This document shows positions 1-11,788 of a stretch of DNA of 63,878 nucleotides, in pieces. Source of the DNA: Mobula birostris (lineage: Eukaryota); NCBI RefSeq assembly GCF_030028105.1, contig NC_092379.1, positions 26,901,821-26,965,698 of the forward strand, read 5' to 3'. The number at the start of each line of letters is the position of its first letter. Position 1 is the first letter of the stretch. Both the position numbers and the translations under genes were made by a program. Below the pieces are notes generated by a model. That model did no database searches, was not told the origin of the DNA, and worked only from the letters and a program-made list of their open reading frames with translations.

Positions 1-153
1 TCTTTTGCTCCGTTCGAAATTCGACAAACAGCAAGAGAATATTCCCCGACAACGGTTCACGGCGCAACTGAGTGATTCGAGCAGAACGGTCCCACTGACA
101 ATATCTGAAACACATCTAGGAGACACTGCCATGTATTACTGTGCTCTGAGCCC
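1..153 (+). CDS. TCR alpha/delta-type V segment V1, 3' part of the V exon (5' end outside the window)
   Basis: The frame starting at base 2 reads LLLRSKFDKQQENIPRQRFTAQLSDSSRTVPLTISETHLGDTAMYYCALSP. It has the Ig V-domain DxAxYYC motif, is followed directly by an RSS, and is near-identical to V2-V4. Confidence 0.9.
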
Positions 154-192
154 CACAGGGGTACAGAACTAGTCTAACCCTGTACAATAACC
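154..192 (+). promoter_or_regulatory. Recombination signal sequence, 23-bp spacer (V1)
   Basis: Heptamer CACAGGG (154-160), spacer GTACAGAACTAGTCTAACCCTGT (23 nt), nonamer ACAATAACC (184-192). Confidence 0.9.
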
Positions 193-1019
193 AGTTTTTT
201 TCTCTGGTGGCTGCTAAGTATAATAGCCGACTTCTGAGCGTCCGTAGGTCATTTGTCAACCCGGGATTTGTCTAAATTTCAATATATTTCTTGAGATTAT
301 TACTCTTCAATATGTTCCAATGCACATGCAGCCACCAAAATCTCGCCTCTCGTCTTTAAGCCGACAAAGGAAACGACAACCTTCCATTGTTTCTTTTTAC
401 ACTCACCATTTCGAAGAAGAGTTTCTTCCCCTTGCATTGGGGTGGATGCAGATTCTGGAGTGAAATGTTGTTTATTCTGCAGTATACTACTGTGTTAAAA
501 TCTTACATTTTCCGGAATGTATTATCAATTGCAGTTTTTAACATGAAGACTTATTGTTTTATTTGCTCTTACTTCTAAAAAATTATTTCAAAACCATACT
601 GCAGCGCCCTCGTATGGTTTACGAAGTAACTGCAATGTAACGTTGTCGGGGTGTACACAACGATCACAAAGAACAAGCAGGTGGGTGCTCTTGTACAGTG
701 CGAATTTGAATTTTAATTTACCACTCACCCTCACTGAACTAATCAAGGTAGATGTAGTTTACAGAGCGAGCATTATTTTTTTTCTTTTCTTTCCTCAGAA
801 ATGCACAGCTGCACCTCTCGTTTCAGGAAATAACACTATCACCACTCATAACATTACGCAAAAAAGTCTGTGTAATGAGTAACAGAAACACTATGGACAA
901 TTGAACGAGGAATGGGTATCGTGAACACCAAAAGGTTTATCAGGAAAAAAAAAACAGACGTTAACAGTAAGGCTTGCCGAAGTGTCAATGATATGAGCAG
1001 TCGAAATCCTTTGCTATGT

Positions 1020-1155
1020 TCAATCAACTCAAATCAAGTTTATTTATAAAGCATTTTTAAAACAACCTATGTTGACTAAAGTGCTGTACAAACCATAACA
1101 GATAGATAAAATCGCAAATAAAAGAAGCACAGATACAAACACAAGGCGTACAGCT
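1020..1155 (-). mobile_element. L2-type LINE 3' tail, truncated by a deletion junction
   Basis: The reverse complement reads TGTACAGCACTTTAGTCAAC...TTTATAAATAAACTTGATTTGA. Longer copies are at 22060 and 49730; an identically truncated copy is at about 28590-28730. Confidence 0.6.
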
Positions 1156-1315
1156 TTTCACACTCCTTATTTCGTATTTCTTTTGAAATACGTTTTGTCC
1201 TTTTACTCTGGAGTTCCTGCGGGTGGAAATATAAACAGGCTAAACGCATCGCTTGGGGCCCGGCCGTTAATTTTTCCTAATCAAAACAACGTGGCAGGCA
1301 ATCCATTTGTTTTTT

Positions 1316-1346
1316 AAATAAATAAATAAATAAATAAATAAAATAA
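1316..1346 (+). repeat. (AAAT)n microsatellite
   Basis: Directly visible. The paralogous positions (about 28888 and 52578) are poly-A. Confidence 0.85.
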
Positions 1347-1619
1347 CGGCGGAGGGAAAATACCGGAGCAAAATAGCGATTCCTGTGCGATTCCTTTGGT
1401 TTAATATTCACAAACCCTTAAAGTCTGAAGAAGATCTCAAAACGTGTTTGATGGAAGGATCTGCGTGATATATCACTGTTGGACGGTTATAAAGCACTCA
1501 CCTCGGCTTTCATATCTTGTTCACGATAATGTCTGGCCTCTGCAGCGAGTTGAAGATGCCAATACCTAAATGCTGAAAGAGATTGTGGCGTGCACACAGT
1601 CACAAAACGAAACATATCA

Positions 1620-1960
1620 CGTATGCGATGCGCCGTTTCATCAAGGCTGATGCAATTTTCCCCTTAGCCCCTATTTACCTCCTGGCCTCTCCACGTATCC
1701 GTTCATACACTGACCAATCAACAGTCCGTCAAACTCAGTCGTAAATACACAAATAAACGTGTTCCACAGCTGTCTGTGCCAAACAATTCCACAGGTTCAC
1801 AATCCCTTGCCTTAAAATAATACATCCTCCGTTTTAAAACATCGCTCCGCAATACTGAGTCTGTTCCTGTGTTGTTAGACTCTTCCACCACATGAAACAT
1901 ACTCTCCATATCCACTCGATCAATGACTTTCACGATTCGATATGTTTCAGTGAATTCTAA
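1620..1960 (-). mobile_element. CR1 LINE 3'-end remnant
   Basis: The ORF at 1718-1933 (MKVIDRVDMESMFHVVEESNNTG...) resembles the CR1 ORF2 C-terminus (GLDRVD-ERMFPLVGESRTRG). Paralogs are at about 29575-30390 and 53280-53690. Confidence 0.7.
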
Positions 1961-2559
1961 TGGATGGACAAAGAAGTCATCTGGCGCTTCTGCAAGATAT
2001 TTTGGAATAAGCTCTAATAATCGTTTGTTTTGTTGTCCTAACGAATATTTAGATATTCAACATCTTCGATATAGGTTACATCATTGAACAAAGGACTGCA
2101 AATCCATGTTCAACTGTGAAGGTAAGAAGGTTGCAACGTGTAGGCCTGAATGCTGTTCTTCCATATTGGTACATCAGCCAAAAATTTTGTAATTATCGTG
2201 CAGTAGTGCTGTGGTAGTTCAGCTTACCCATTGCTATAATCCATAATTCCAAATTGTTCTGAGTGTGGATTTACTTGTTCCTTTCAGGGAATAAAGTTAA
2301 TCTTTTGTCCTTATTTCTACCAAGGAAATAAGAAATCATATTGCAAGCCAGATAACTGTTTTGTGGTTAAGAGACGTTTCTTATTCTGCACCCTTTTTTA
2401 GTTTTATATTTTAATACAGTCTGTATTGCTTGTCTATAAATCCTCGTAGCATTTCCAAAGAGTTGACCGCTTTGCAGTTTCCAGAATACACTCACAAAAT
2501 AAAAATTATTTTCTGATAGCATCACCATGAGCATATCGAATTGAAAATGATTTGACAAC

Positions 2560-3250
2560 ACTGAGCAAAACACAACTTAATGCTGGAGGAACTCACCAGG
2601 CCAGACAGGTTCTATGGGGGGAAAAAAAAAAGTATAGTCGACGTTTCACTTCGAAACCCTTCGGCAGGCGAAACAAAGCAGAGGATTAGATGTAAGTGCC
2701 GTGGTAGAGAAGTAAGAACGACCAAGTAACATTAAAACATGGCGGTGTTTCCATTCCGACGTCCATCCCTGGTATTGATGCCATACTTAGTTTGGAGGAA
2801 AATCGGTTGTATTCTCTTTGAGTAGCCTTCAAACTTCCGTAACGCGCCCAATTCATCTCCTATCCCCTTTTCCCTCTCTCACCGTATCTCCTTGCCCGCT
2901 CATAAACAGGCTCTGTTGTCTTCAACCACCCCTCCCCCACACATATTTTGTTTTTCCTCCATAGCCTTCTGCCTCTTTCACAAATCAACTGCCCAGGACT
3001 TTACGGCATTCTTCTCAGTCTGGGGTTCACATATCACCTAGTGTTTCTCTCTGCCCTCTGCACCCTCACACCACCCTTTTCAATCTTATCCCTAGTTTTC
3101 CGTTTTCTTTTCTTCTGTCCGACCGAAATATTTCGTATTGAAACGTCAACGGTACTTTTTTTTTTTTTTTTTCAATAGCAGCTGCAGGGCCTGCAGAATT
3201 CCTACAGCATTCTGTGTGTTGCTCGGAAATCCAGCATCTGGTAAGTAGCT
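2560..3250 (+). mobile_element. Penelope-like element remnant with inverted termini
   Basis: The left end (AATGCTGGAGGAACTCACCAGGCC...GTCGACGTTTC) and right end (GAAACGTCAAC...CCTGCAGAATTCCTACAGCATT) are imperfect inverted repeats. The interior at about 2760-2840 is a degenerate GIY-YIG C-terminus (family consensus roughly LGLLHC-DEATRKLEEQHLIFRLGSLQPDGMN). Confidence 0.7.
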
Positions 3251-4329
3251 GGAAAGGATGCTTAGCGAAAAGGGTTTAGTGAAATGGCAAATCCAAGTTT
3301 TGAAAGTGTCGCAACTTTTTCGAATTTTGCCTGAATCACAGAAATAAAACACATCCGTTGATGTATTTTCAAGATGGACAGACTTGAGATGCTCCTTTAG
3401 GTGTGCTGTCTCCATTCTTTCATTCCAACTAATTGTTCTGCACAACAAAGTGGCATCGGTGATCCGTGACGGCCTATAATGGAAGTGAAGCTATTTAAGG
3501 GCATAGTTGACATCACAACACCTTTAGGTAGATATTTCATCTTTCACTGGATCTGTAAAAAAAATAAATTAAAAATATCGAGAAAAAAACATATGATTCA
3601 ATTTACATTTTTGAAATTCAATATTTTTTTAAAGTTTTTTGGTAAGCTGTAATGTAATTCTGCAAATAATAAGTAATCTGCATATGAGTTAAGTGTAGGA
3701 TTAGCGGTTCACTAATCATGCGTGCCAGTTATTTCAAATAAGGCAGGTTTTGGAACTTACCCAAAGTATTAACACAGTTAATGCTTCTGACGTTGTCGCA
3801 TAGACAAAAGGGTGCAGCAGTATCTTAGGCGCCTTTTCCTTCCTGGAATACTGTTTTTTTTTTTTTTTTTTTTTTTTTTTCCCAGTATGGATTGACATAT
3901 TATAAGGAAATCAATGTCAGGACAAATTCGATGGTTTATGAAAGCAACATAATTCTCTCAGAAGTTGATTATTCCAAATCAAACGTAATGCTATTGTTTG
4001 TAGTTTTAGGACATCTATTCAGATTATGTTAAGGCTTGCTAAATAAAACAGTGATCAGTCACTCAAATAATTTTTCCTCTGGGCGACCTGTTTGTGAGTC
4101 GTATGTTTATCCTATTTGTTTACTCTGCGCTTTTTTCATTGTGCTGGGATTGATGTGTTACTTTGTAGCCTCGTACAAAGTACAACAAAGCATCTCTTTC
4201 TCAAACGACAGGACATGTCAGTGTTTAGTCTGCACTAAATTCAATTTGAAATGCCACTACCGCAAACAGTACTTGCTGACTTTGTCTTATATACAGGCAG
4301 AATCAGGTTTATTATCACTGGAATCTGTG

Positions 4330-4830
4330 GTGAGATTTGTTAATATAACAGCAGCAGTTCACTGAAACAGAGTAGAACGGGGAAAAAAAAACAAATATAA
4401 TAATGATACTAATTCATAAATAAGTAAATCAATCACAGTATACTTTTATTGAATAGATTAAAAATCGTGCAGAACCAGACATATTATACACTAAAAACAG
4501 TTACATACAGTGGAGTAGTTCCATGTGCATTTAGAAATCAGACGTTACAGTGGAAGAAGCTATTCCTGAATTGTTGTGTGTGTGCCATGTGTACATCCTA
4601 CCCGATCGTAACAGTGAGAAAAGTGCACACCCTGGGTACTGGAGGACCTGAATAATTGACGCTGCCTTTCTGAAACACCACTCCTGGAATATTTCCTGGC
4701 TACTCTGTAGGCTCGAACAGAAGATGGAGCTGCCTACATTTACAACACTCTGCTGCTTCTTTCGGTCTTGTGCAGTAGCCCTCCGACCCCAACCCCCACC
4801 ATATCAAACTGTGTTGCAGCCTGTCAGGAA
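4330..4830 (-). mobile_element. Rex1/Babar-type LINE 3' remnant
   Basis: Paralog of 14950-15430 and 41690-42140. Confidence 0.6.
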
Positions 4831-5962
4831 ATTATAGCCTGACCGTTATATTATTTCTGCCAATTTTACGTAGGGCAAGATATGAAATTGTAAATCATTA
4901 TACTCATTCATTCTTCGGAAACTGTGAAAACAGGAAAAAAAAATGTTTCTACACATGGTTCAAACAAGACATATTACATTCCCATTTACCTCTCTTTTTT
5001 AGTAACATTATCAGTTACTTTGCCTTAGCAGGTCAAACCCCTTTATTTAGTTCGAGATAGGAGCAAAGAACAAAGAAGGTAATTTGATGTGAAAAGTTCA
5101 CCGAATCAGGAACGAGGACTTGGTTTTGAAATTCTTAATCTCTGCTGATTTTGCTGGTGGTCATCTTATGATGTGCATTCTTATTCACCTATGTTGAGTT
5201 GTTCTCTACACGGAGCTTGATGATGCAGGGAACTGCATTGCGATAGGTCGAGACATTACAATTCTATATGTTTCTTTTTCTGAACTCTTTCACCTTTTGC
5301 AATCTCTTCAGTTCGTTTTATTTATCTGGTCCACAGAGGTTTACATCTCAGAACTGACAGAGTGCACTGTATCAAATGTATCTGTGCACATGCATTTATT
5401 CTTATAATTGAAGAACTTGGTTTTAAATTGTTAAATCACCTGAGATTAAAAGGGGGCAGAAAAAAAATGGCTTTCGCATTGTTACTGCATGGACAATAAC
5501 AAGTTGTGAAAAAGTACTCCTGACACGCATTGAGAGTTCTCTCTCATGCTATATTAGTTGCTAATTGCTTGTTTTTACCTTTCACGTTCTCTAAACTACC
5601 GAGGCTCGTGCATGGCCTTGAATTAATTCATATTAAAAATGTGTGTTGGAATCCTGACGGCCATTTATTATATCTCAGGAGCTGTTGTCATGGCCCTTCC
5701 TTCAACTACATACAAACACTCTCGTCGTCTGTTTACTCTATCTGTGGACATGTGGTCGTCTAGAACCAGTGGTGATTGATAACTGAATCTTAGGATTAAA
5801 GAAGTACACCTGCTCCTCTTTTTGTCTGCTTCGGAGGTTGAGACAGTGGTCTAACTTGGTGCAACAAATTGCTCTCAGCAGCCGACCACGATTCTGGAGT
5901 GATCCAGAATCCGCATCCACCCAATGCAAGGGATAGAGGCTCCTCTTCGAATTGGAAGAGGA

Positions 5963-6490
5963 CGTCCATCCGTGGCCTCATACAATGGGGCGTTGAGGCC
6001 ACACTTAGTTTGGAGAGAAATCCGTTGTGTTCTGTTTGAGTAGCCTCCAACCTGTTGGCATGGTCATCGATTTCTAAAACTTTTGGAATGCACTCACTGC
6101 ATTTCCTTGTCCCTTTTCCATCTCTCACCGTATCTCCTTGCCCGCTCATAAACTGGATCTGTTGTCATCAACCTGCACACCCCCACATTTAATTTCTCCT
6201 TGGCCTTCTGCCTCTTTCAGCAATCAACTGCCCGGGATTTACTGCATTCTTCCCCAGAAAGGGTTCACATTCCACCTAGTGTTACTCTCTGCCCTCTGCA
6301 CCCCCATACCACCCTTTTCAATATTATCCTCAGTTTTCTGTTTTTTTTCTTCTGTCCGACCGAAAAATTTCATATTGAAACGTCAACAGTACTTTTTTTT
6401 TTTTTTTTTTTTTTTTCCGTAGCTGCTGTGTGGCCTGCAGAATTCCTGCAGCATTATGTGTGTTTCTTGGATATCCAGCATCTGCAGATA
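5963..6490 (+). mobile_element. Penelope-like remnant, second copy, 5'-truncated at a duplication junction
   Basis: Matches 2758-3250 and 31230-31750. Confidence 0.7.
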
Positions 6491-7809
6491 TTTCGTTACT
6501 CTTTCATGTGATCTGACAACACTAAGAAATGTCTGTAGTTACTTCAAATTGCGTAGCTAACGGGAATTACGAGCGGCCAATTGCTGAAAGACTCTCCTGA
6601 AATGTGGTCAGCTATTCATTAAGGTATCACATTATTTGTTAAGGGAAGCATTTTCCAGTTTACCCACTACTCTGTTCCAGTCCACGCAACGCACGACAGC
6701 TTCCATTGCAGATGGCTTTACTGAATTCTCTCCACTGGGGTGGAAGTTATTTCTTTCGGTAATCTGGTACGTAGATTGAAAGGATGCTCAGTGAAAAGAG
6801 TTTTGTAAAATGGGAAATCCAAGTTGTGAAAGTGTCACAACTTTTTCGAATTTAGCCTGAATCTCAGACATAAAACGCAACCGTAGATGTATTTTCAGGA
6901 CGGACAGACGTGAGATACTCTTTTGATTTACTGTCTCCATTCTTCCATTCTAAATAATTGTACTGCACAACAAAGTAGTATTGGCGATCCATCACGGCCT
7001 ATAATGGAAGTGAAGCTACTTCAGGCATAGTTGTCATCACAATACCTTTAGCTCGATATTTCACCTTTAATTGGGTCTGCAACAAAATAAAATTAAAATG
7101 CCGAGAAAAAAAAATGATTCAATTGACATTTTTGAAATTCAATATTTTTTAATGTTTACCAGTAATTTTTGTAATTCTGCTTATAATAAGTAACCTGCAT
7201 TTGAATGAAGTGTAGGATCAGAGGTTCACTAAGCTTGTATGCCAGTTATGTAAAATAAGGCAGGTTTTAGAACTAAACCCAAAGTATTAACACAATTACT
7301 GCTTCTGACGTTGTCGGATAGACAAAAGGGTACAGCAGTATATTAGGCGCCTTTTCCTTCCTGGAATTCTGCTTCTTTTTTTTTTTTTTGCAGTATGGAT
7401 TGAGATATTATAGGGAAAACAATGTCAGGACCAATACGGTGGTTTATGGACACAACAGAATTATCTCAGATGTTAGCCATCCCAAATCAAACCTATTGCT
7501 AATGTTAGTAGTTTTTGGACATCTATCAGATTATGTTTAGGCTTGCTAAATAAAACAGTGATCAGCCAATGAAACAAAACATCCTCTGGGCAAGCTGTTT
7601 GTGAGTCTTTTTTTTTTTAATTGTGTGTTTATTTTCGAATATTAAAAACTCTACTACGCAGGCTGGCAACTAGCCCTTTCTCTGCTGCTGCCTTTCCATC
7701 TGTATTCGCTACTGCCCGATCATTTAATTTGCAATAGGAAGATACTAATCGAATGGGGAGTACAATTTTCTAAAATGTTCATGTGACGTATTCTTTGTGT
7801 TTTTACAAT

Positions 7810-9340
7810 CTATGTCTTCCATGAGACCATCGGACTTTGAAGCAGAATTAGGCCATTTAGTCTATCGACTCTGATCCACAATCGATCATGACTGTTGCCG
7901 GATCCCGCTCAACCACATGTGCATGCCTTCTAACCATACCATTTAGTGCCCTGCTCAACTAGTTAAAAATCAAATATACGCATGTAGTTGGTCTCCACCA
8001 CAGTCTGTGGCAGAGAATTCCACAGACTTACTTAACTCTGACTCAATAAAAAAATCCTCCCTACTTTCTTCCTCTGGCCTGTGAAAAATCTACTATCCAT
8101 ACCAGTATCTTTCCTGTAACGACATACGATTTTACCTTGTTAAGCAGTTGCATGCATTCATGTTATCAAACAACTTCTGAAAATCGAAGTAAATGACGTC
8201 CACTGCCTCTGCTTTGGCAGACTTGCTTTTTGTTTCCTCGAAGATCTCAAACACGTTTTTCAGGCAGGATTTCCCTTTGCAGACAACATGCTGATTTTGA
8301 ATTATGTTATCATCGGTTTCCAAGTACCTCAAAATCACATCTTTAATAACTGGCTCCAACACTTTTCCAGCAAAAGACGTTTGGCTAGCTGGTCGACAAT
8401 TCCGTCTTTAAACTTCCACCCTTCTCAAAGAGCGAAGTAATAATTCCAATCCTCCAGACGTCCGGGACCCTGATGGAATCAAGCCATTCTTGAAAGATCA
8501 TGCTATATTAGCTTCAACTACTCCCAGCAGCTCTAGTAAATCGTCCAGAAAGAATATTGGCTCCCTAGTACTCAAATGCAAGCTGTCTCTTTTGTAGTAG
8601 TCTCACTTGTCCCGCATGGGGTCCCAGTAATTATCTAGAATTTTTAATCCCTGCCCATTGCTAAAAAATCTTGAGGCACACATTTATATGCCAACTCATT
8701 ATATTCATATCCTCCCCTATCGCTTTACACAGGAAGAAATCCTGTGATTAATACCATTGAGTGTTGTTTCTAAGCTCCTTCCTAACACTCTATATTCATT
8801 TTCATGAACTCCTGCCTTTTCCTTCCTCTGTCGTCGGTACCAGTATATAACACGATTTTGGTAGCACATTTCCGTCCCCCCAATCTTTTCAGGAAGTTAT
8901 GGACCGCGGCATCTGAGAGGCAAAGTACCATTCGGGTTTCATGGTTGCATCCGCTGAATCGCTTGGCCCTCCCCTTGACATAGAGTCCGCTATATCTAAT
9001 GTCACCCTCTCAGTTTCCTTATTCTTTTGTGCCAAGTGGTCATATACAGTGCCAGAGCTCGCCCCCCACCCCAATAGTAATCAAAATTGAATACTTGAGG
9101 GGTCTGTAACTGGATTGACCTCCATTATGTCACTTTCCCCCTGTTCTCTCCTGACAGTCACTTGGGGTGAATATCTCCCTCCTGTGGTTCTGCTGCACTT
9201 AAACTTACAAGGCGAAGGTCATCGATATGCACCTCCAGTTTCCTGGCATGTTTCCTGAGCAGCAGTATGTCGGTGCAGCTGACGCAGATGGGACTGTAGT
9301 TGGTGGTAGCAGTTAACATGAAACTTCAAATCTGACACCC
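7810..9340 (-). mobile_element. Degenerate, internally deleted CR1 LINE (3' end, RT fragment, ORF1 esterase region)
   Basis: The ORF at 8132-8362 (VIKDVI...QNQHVVCKGKSCLKN...VDVIYFDFQK) is CR1 RT. The stretch at 8500-9000 resembles the CR1 ORF1 SGNH esterase region. The paralog at 34420-35426 is cut by a Gypsy insertion. Confidence 0.75.
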
Positions 9341-10279
9341 AGGCGATTGTCAAATCACGTTCGTGAGTATACTTGTTTAGTTTACCATAGTCTCAGATAA
9401 GAGTACCAATATGCCGTGAAAGTATTATTACCAGTGCCGAGAAAGTAAGTATAAAGAAAATAATTAATTTAGCAGCCCACAAAAGTCGTAGAGAGATTTG
9501 TTGCAGACAGATTTGGTCTATCGTTTGCTTAAGTGGAAAATGTGAGGTTGCTCTGTTTTTTTCTTCTTCTCTCTCTGTACCTCAAGAACATTCCTACTGC
9601 AACAGGAATTCTTTCCGCTGGGTCAACTAGCAACCAGACGAAAACGGAACATGTGTTAACATAACGGATATAGTTCTTTCCAAAATTAATGAATCGTCCC
9701 TCGTCACATTGGCCTTGCTGTTTAGCAAAGCAATATATAGGTGAACGCCTAATTTAGCAATGTACTTGCAAATCAGTGAACCTGATCAGGTTTAAGATCC
9801 CCGTGAATTAAACATCAAACCCGGAAGGTACTTCAAGGGCTACCGATATAAATCATGTAAAATCTCCTCGTGGCTAATCATTTGTGGAATACTTTCTGCT
9901 ACCACTGTCTGAATTGGAATGCTATACGTCTCTAAACTGACAGCCGATGTGACTTGTATCGTCCGTTCAATCTCCAAAGCGCTACACATGAAAACACTAC
10001 TATCAGGGAGAATTACAGCCCTGAAATAGTGAATTGCACAGTATGAAGTTTCAGGCTGGATGGAAGAACACAAACAATGGGCCAAATTCTACATGGTTTC
10101 CTTAAGGGGAAACGTGCACAATAAATCATTGAATTTATATTCTGAAACAAAAGACAGAGTAGAGCAGTTCGTCAGTGGGCGTAGTTTACTTGGATGTTCA
10201 GAAGTCCTTTTACATGTTGCGGCACATCAAGTTGGTCAACAGCATAAGAGTGCAGAGTATAAAGGAAAGATTTAACATG

Positions 10280-10800
10280 AATAGAAAGACCGGTTGACTT
10301 ATAGGAAGAACGCGAGTATGACCCAATTCCAAGAATGAAAGAATTAACGTGCGAGCGGCTCAGGGATGCTACTCACTCGAGATTGGAAGAGTGCGCTTAA
10401 CTATTATTCATCCATATTGAATATTGAAAGACCTAGACAGGGTGGAAGTACACAGTACATTTCCTGCAGTGGGTGTGTCCAGTACCAACCATAACAGCCT
10501 CAATAGAGAGAGATATTAATTTGAACAGAGGTGAAAAGGAATTTTTTTTTTTTTTTTTTTTTTATCCATACGGTGGTGACTCGGGTATTTTAATGTCATT
10601 ACAGGTGAGGTCCTGTTATTCGGTCTATTCGGTGCAGATTTTCATTGGTTCTTAGTCAGGGAATCAAGGTTTACGGGGAGAAGAATGGTGCACGATGTTG
10701 AGCGGTGTAATATTAAGCCATGATGGCATGGCACAGCAATATCGAAACATAGAGTGCATGACTTTTCTCCTGCGTGTCGTGGTCTTATGGTCTTATGGCC
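10280..10800 (+). mobile_element. Old CR1 3'-end fragment
   Basis: Degenerate RT C-terminal sequence ending in GGTCTTATGGTCTTATGG. The paralog is at about 38580-39100. Confidence 0.6.
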
Positions 10801-11788
10801 TTGACATCTGCTAGTGGGGAATATTGTTTCATGTTCATATGATGGCGCATGACGAGAAAATTGAATACCATTGCGTATGATCGGAACATTAAGTGCCGGA
10901 GGAAGTAGAAACACCAATCGCTCCATTTTTGATTGACAACATTATTCGCAGATTTTTTCCAGAAAATATAGTTTATGTGAGAGATAGGCCAAATGATCAG
11001 CCGCAGAGCAAGTCCAAACAACGAAAATTCAGGCTCATTTGTCGGAGAGCACATACCAGTCGTTTTGAAAATGTTCACGTTGTGTGTTGCGGTACTTATG
11101 ATCGCACGCCTAGAAGTCTCTGTTTCAATCGATTTAAATCTATCTGAAAGTACGCACACTCACCTTTTATATTGTTACGTGTGCCTTGCATTTCATCACA
11201 TGTCTAACCAATCTATTCACATTTGCCCAGTGTTGATTCATACTCTTTCAAGCTTTCGGACTCCATTTACCTGCACAACAGTTGTTGTTGTTGTTTTTTT
11301 TAAATATAATTATTTTTAAACTGCATCAAACACTTTGCGTTGCTGCTCCTACATTAAATAAATTATACATCCTTTGGGTAAAAAAAAAGAAATATTCTTT
11401 CAAGTTTGTACCATCAAGTTTCCTTTATGATTCCCACTTACCCAATTCTAATTCCCAATAGTAAAGATAAAGAATGAGGGCTTTATTCCTACCAATGGTC
11501 CATTATCTCTTATTCTCCAACATTCCAGGGAAAAAAGTTTGAAATTGATCAAGTTTTGCATAACCCAGTCTCGCGTGCATTCGAAATTACTTTGTAATTA
11601 TTTAATATTTTATTTCCTCATGAATTATTACATTCATGTTCTCTGAATACACAGTGCATGATACATTATGTTGTTTGACGCTTTTCTCTTGCATTCATCG
11701 TAATAGGTCCGGACGCTGCAAATATTACACAGGCAATTTCATTAGGTGAAGTCTGGGAGGCATATCAATCTCGATAAATTCATGTTAA

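Noticed and set aside
138-144. Embedded TACTGTG cryptic heptamer at the V 3' end (V-replacement signal)
   Set aside because: It follows from YYC codon usage. It is TACTGCG in V2 and V3, so it is not conserved, and I found no matching nonamer.
387-882. Short ORFs downstream of each V (387-578, 643-882 and paralogs at 21332, 21685, 27827, 28255, 49338)
   Set aside because: They recur only because the flank is duplicated. Starts, stops and frames differ between copies, which indicates non-coding DNA.
3149-6416. Large length differences in poly-T/poly-A tracts between paralogs
   Set aside because: These are expected from slippage or homopolymer sequencing error, with no evidence of function.
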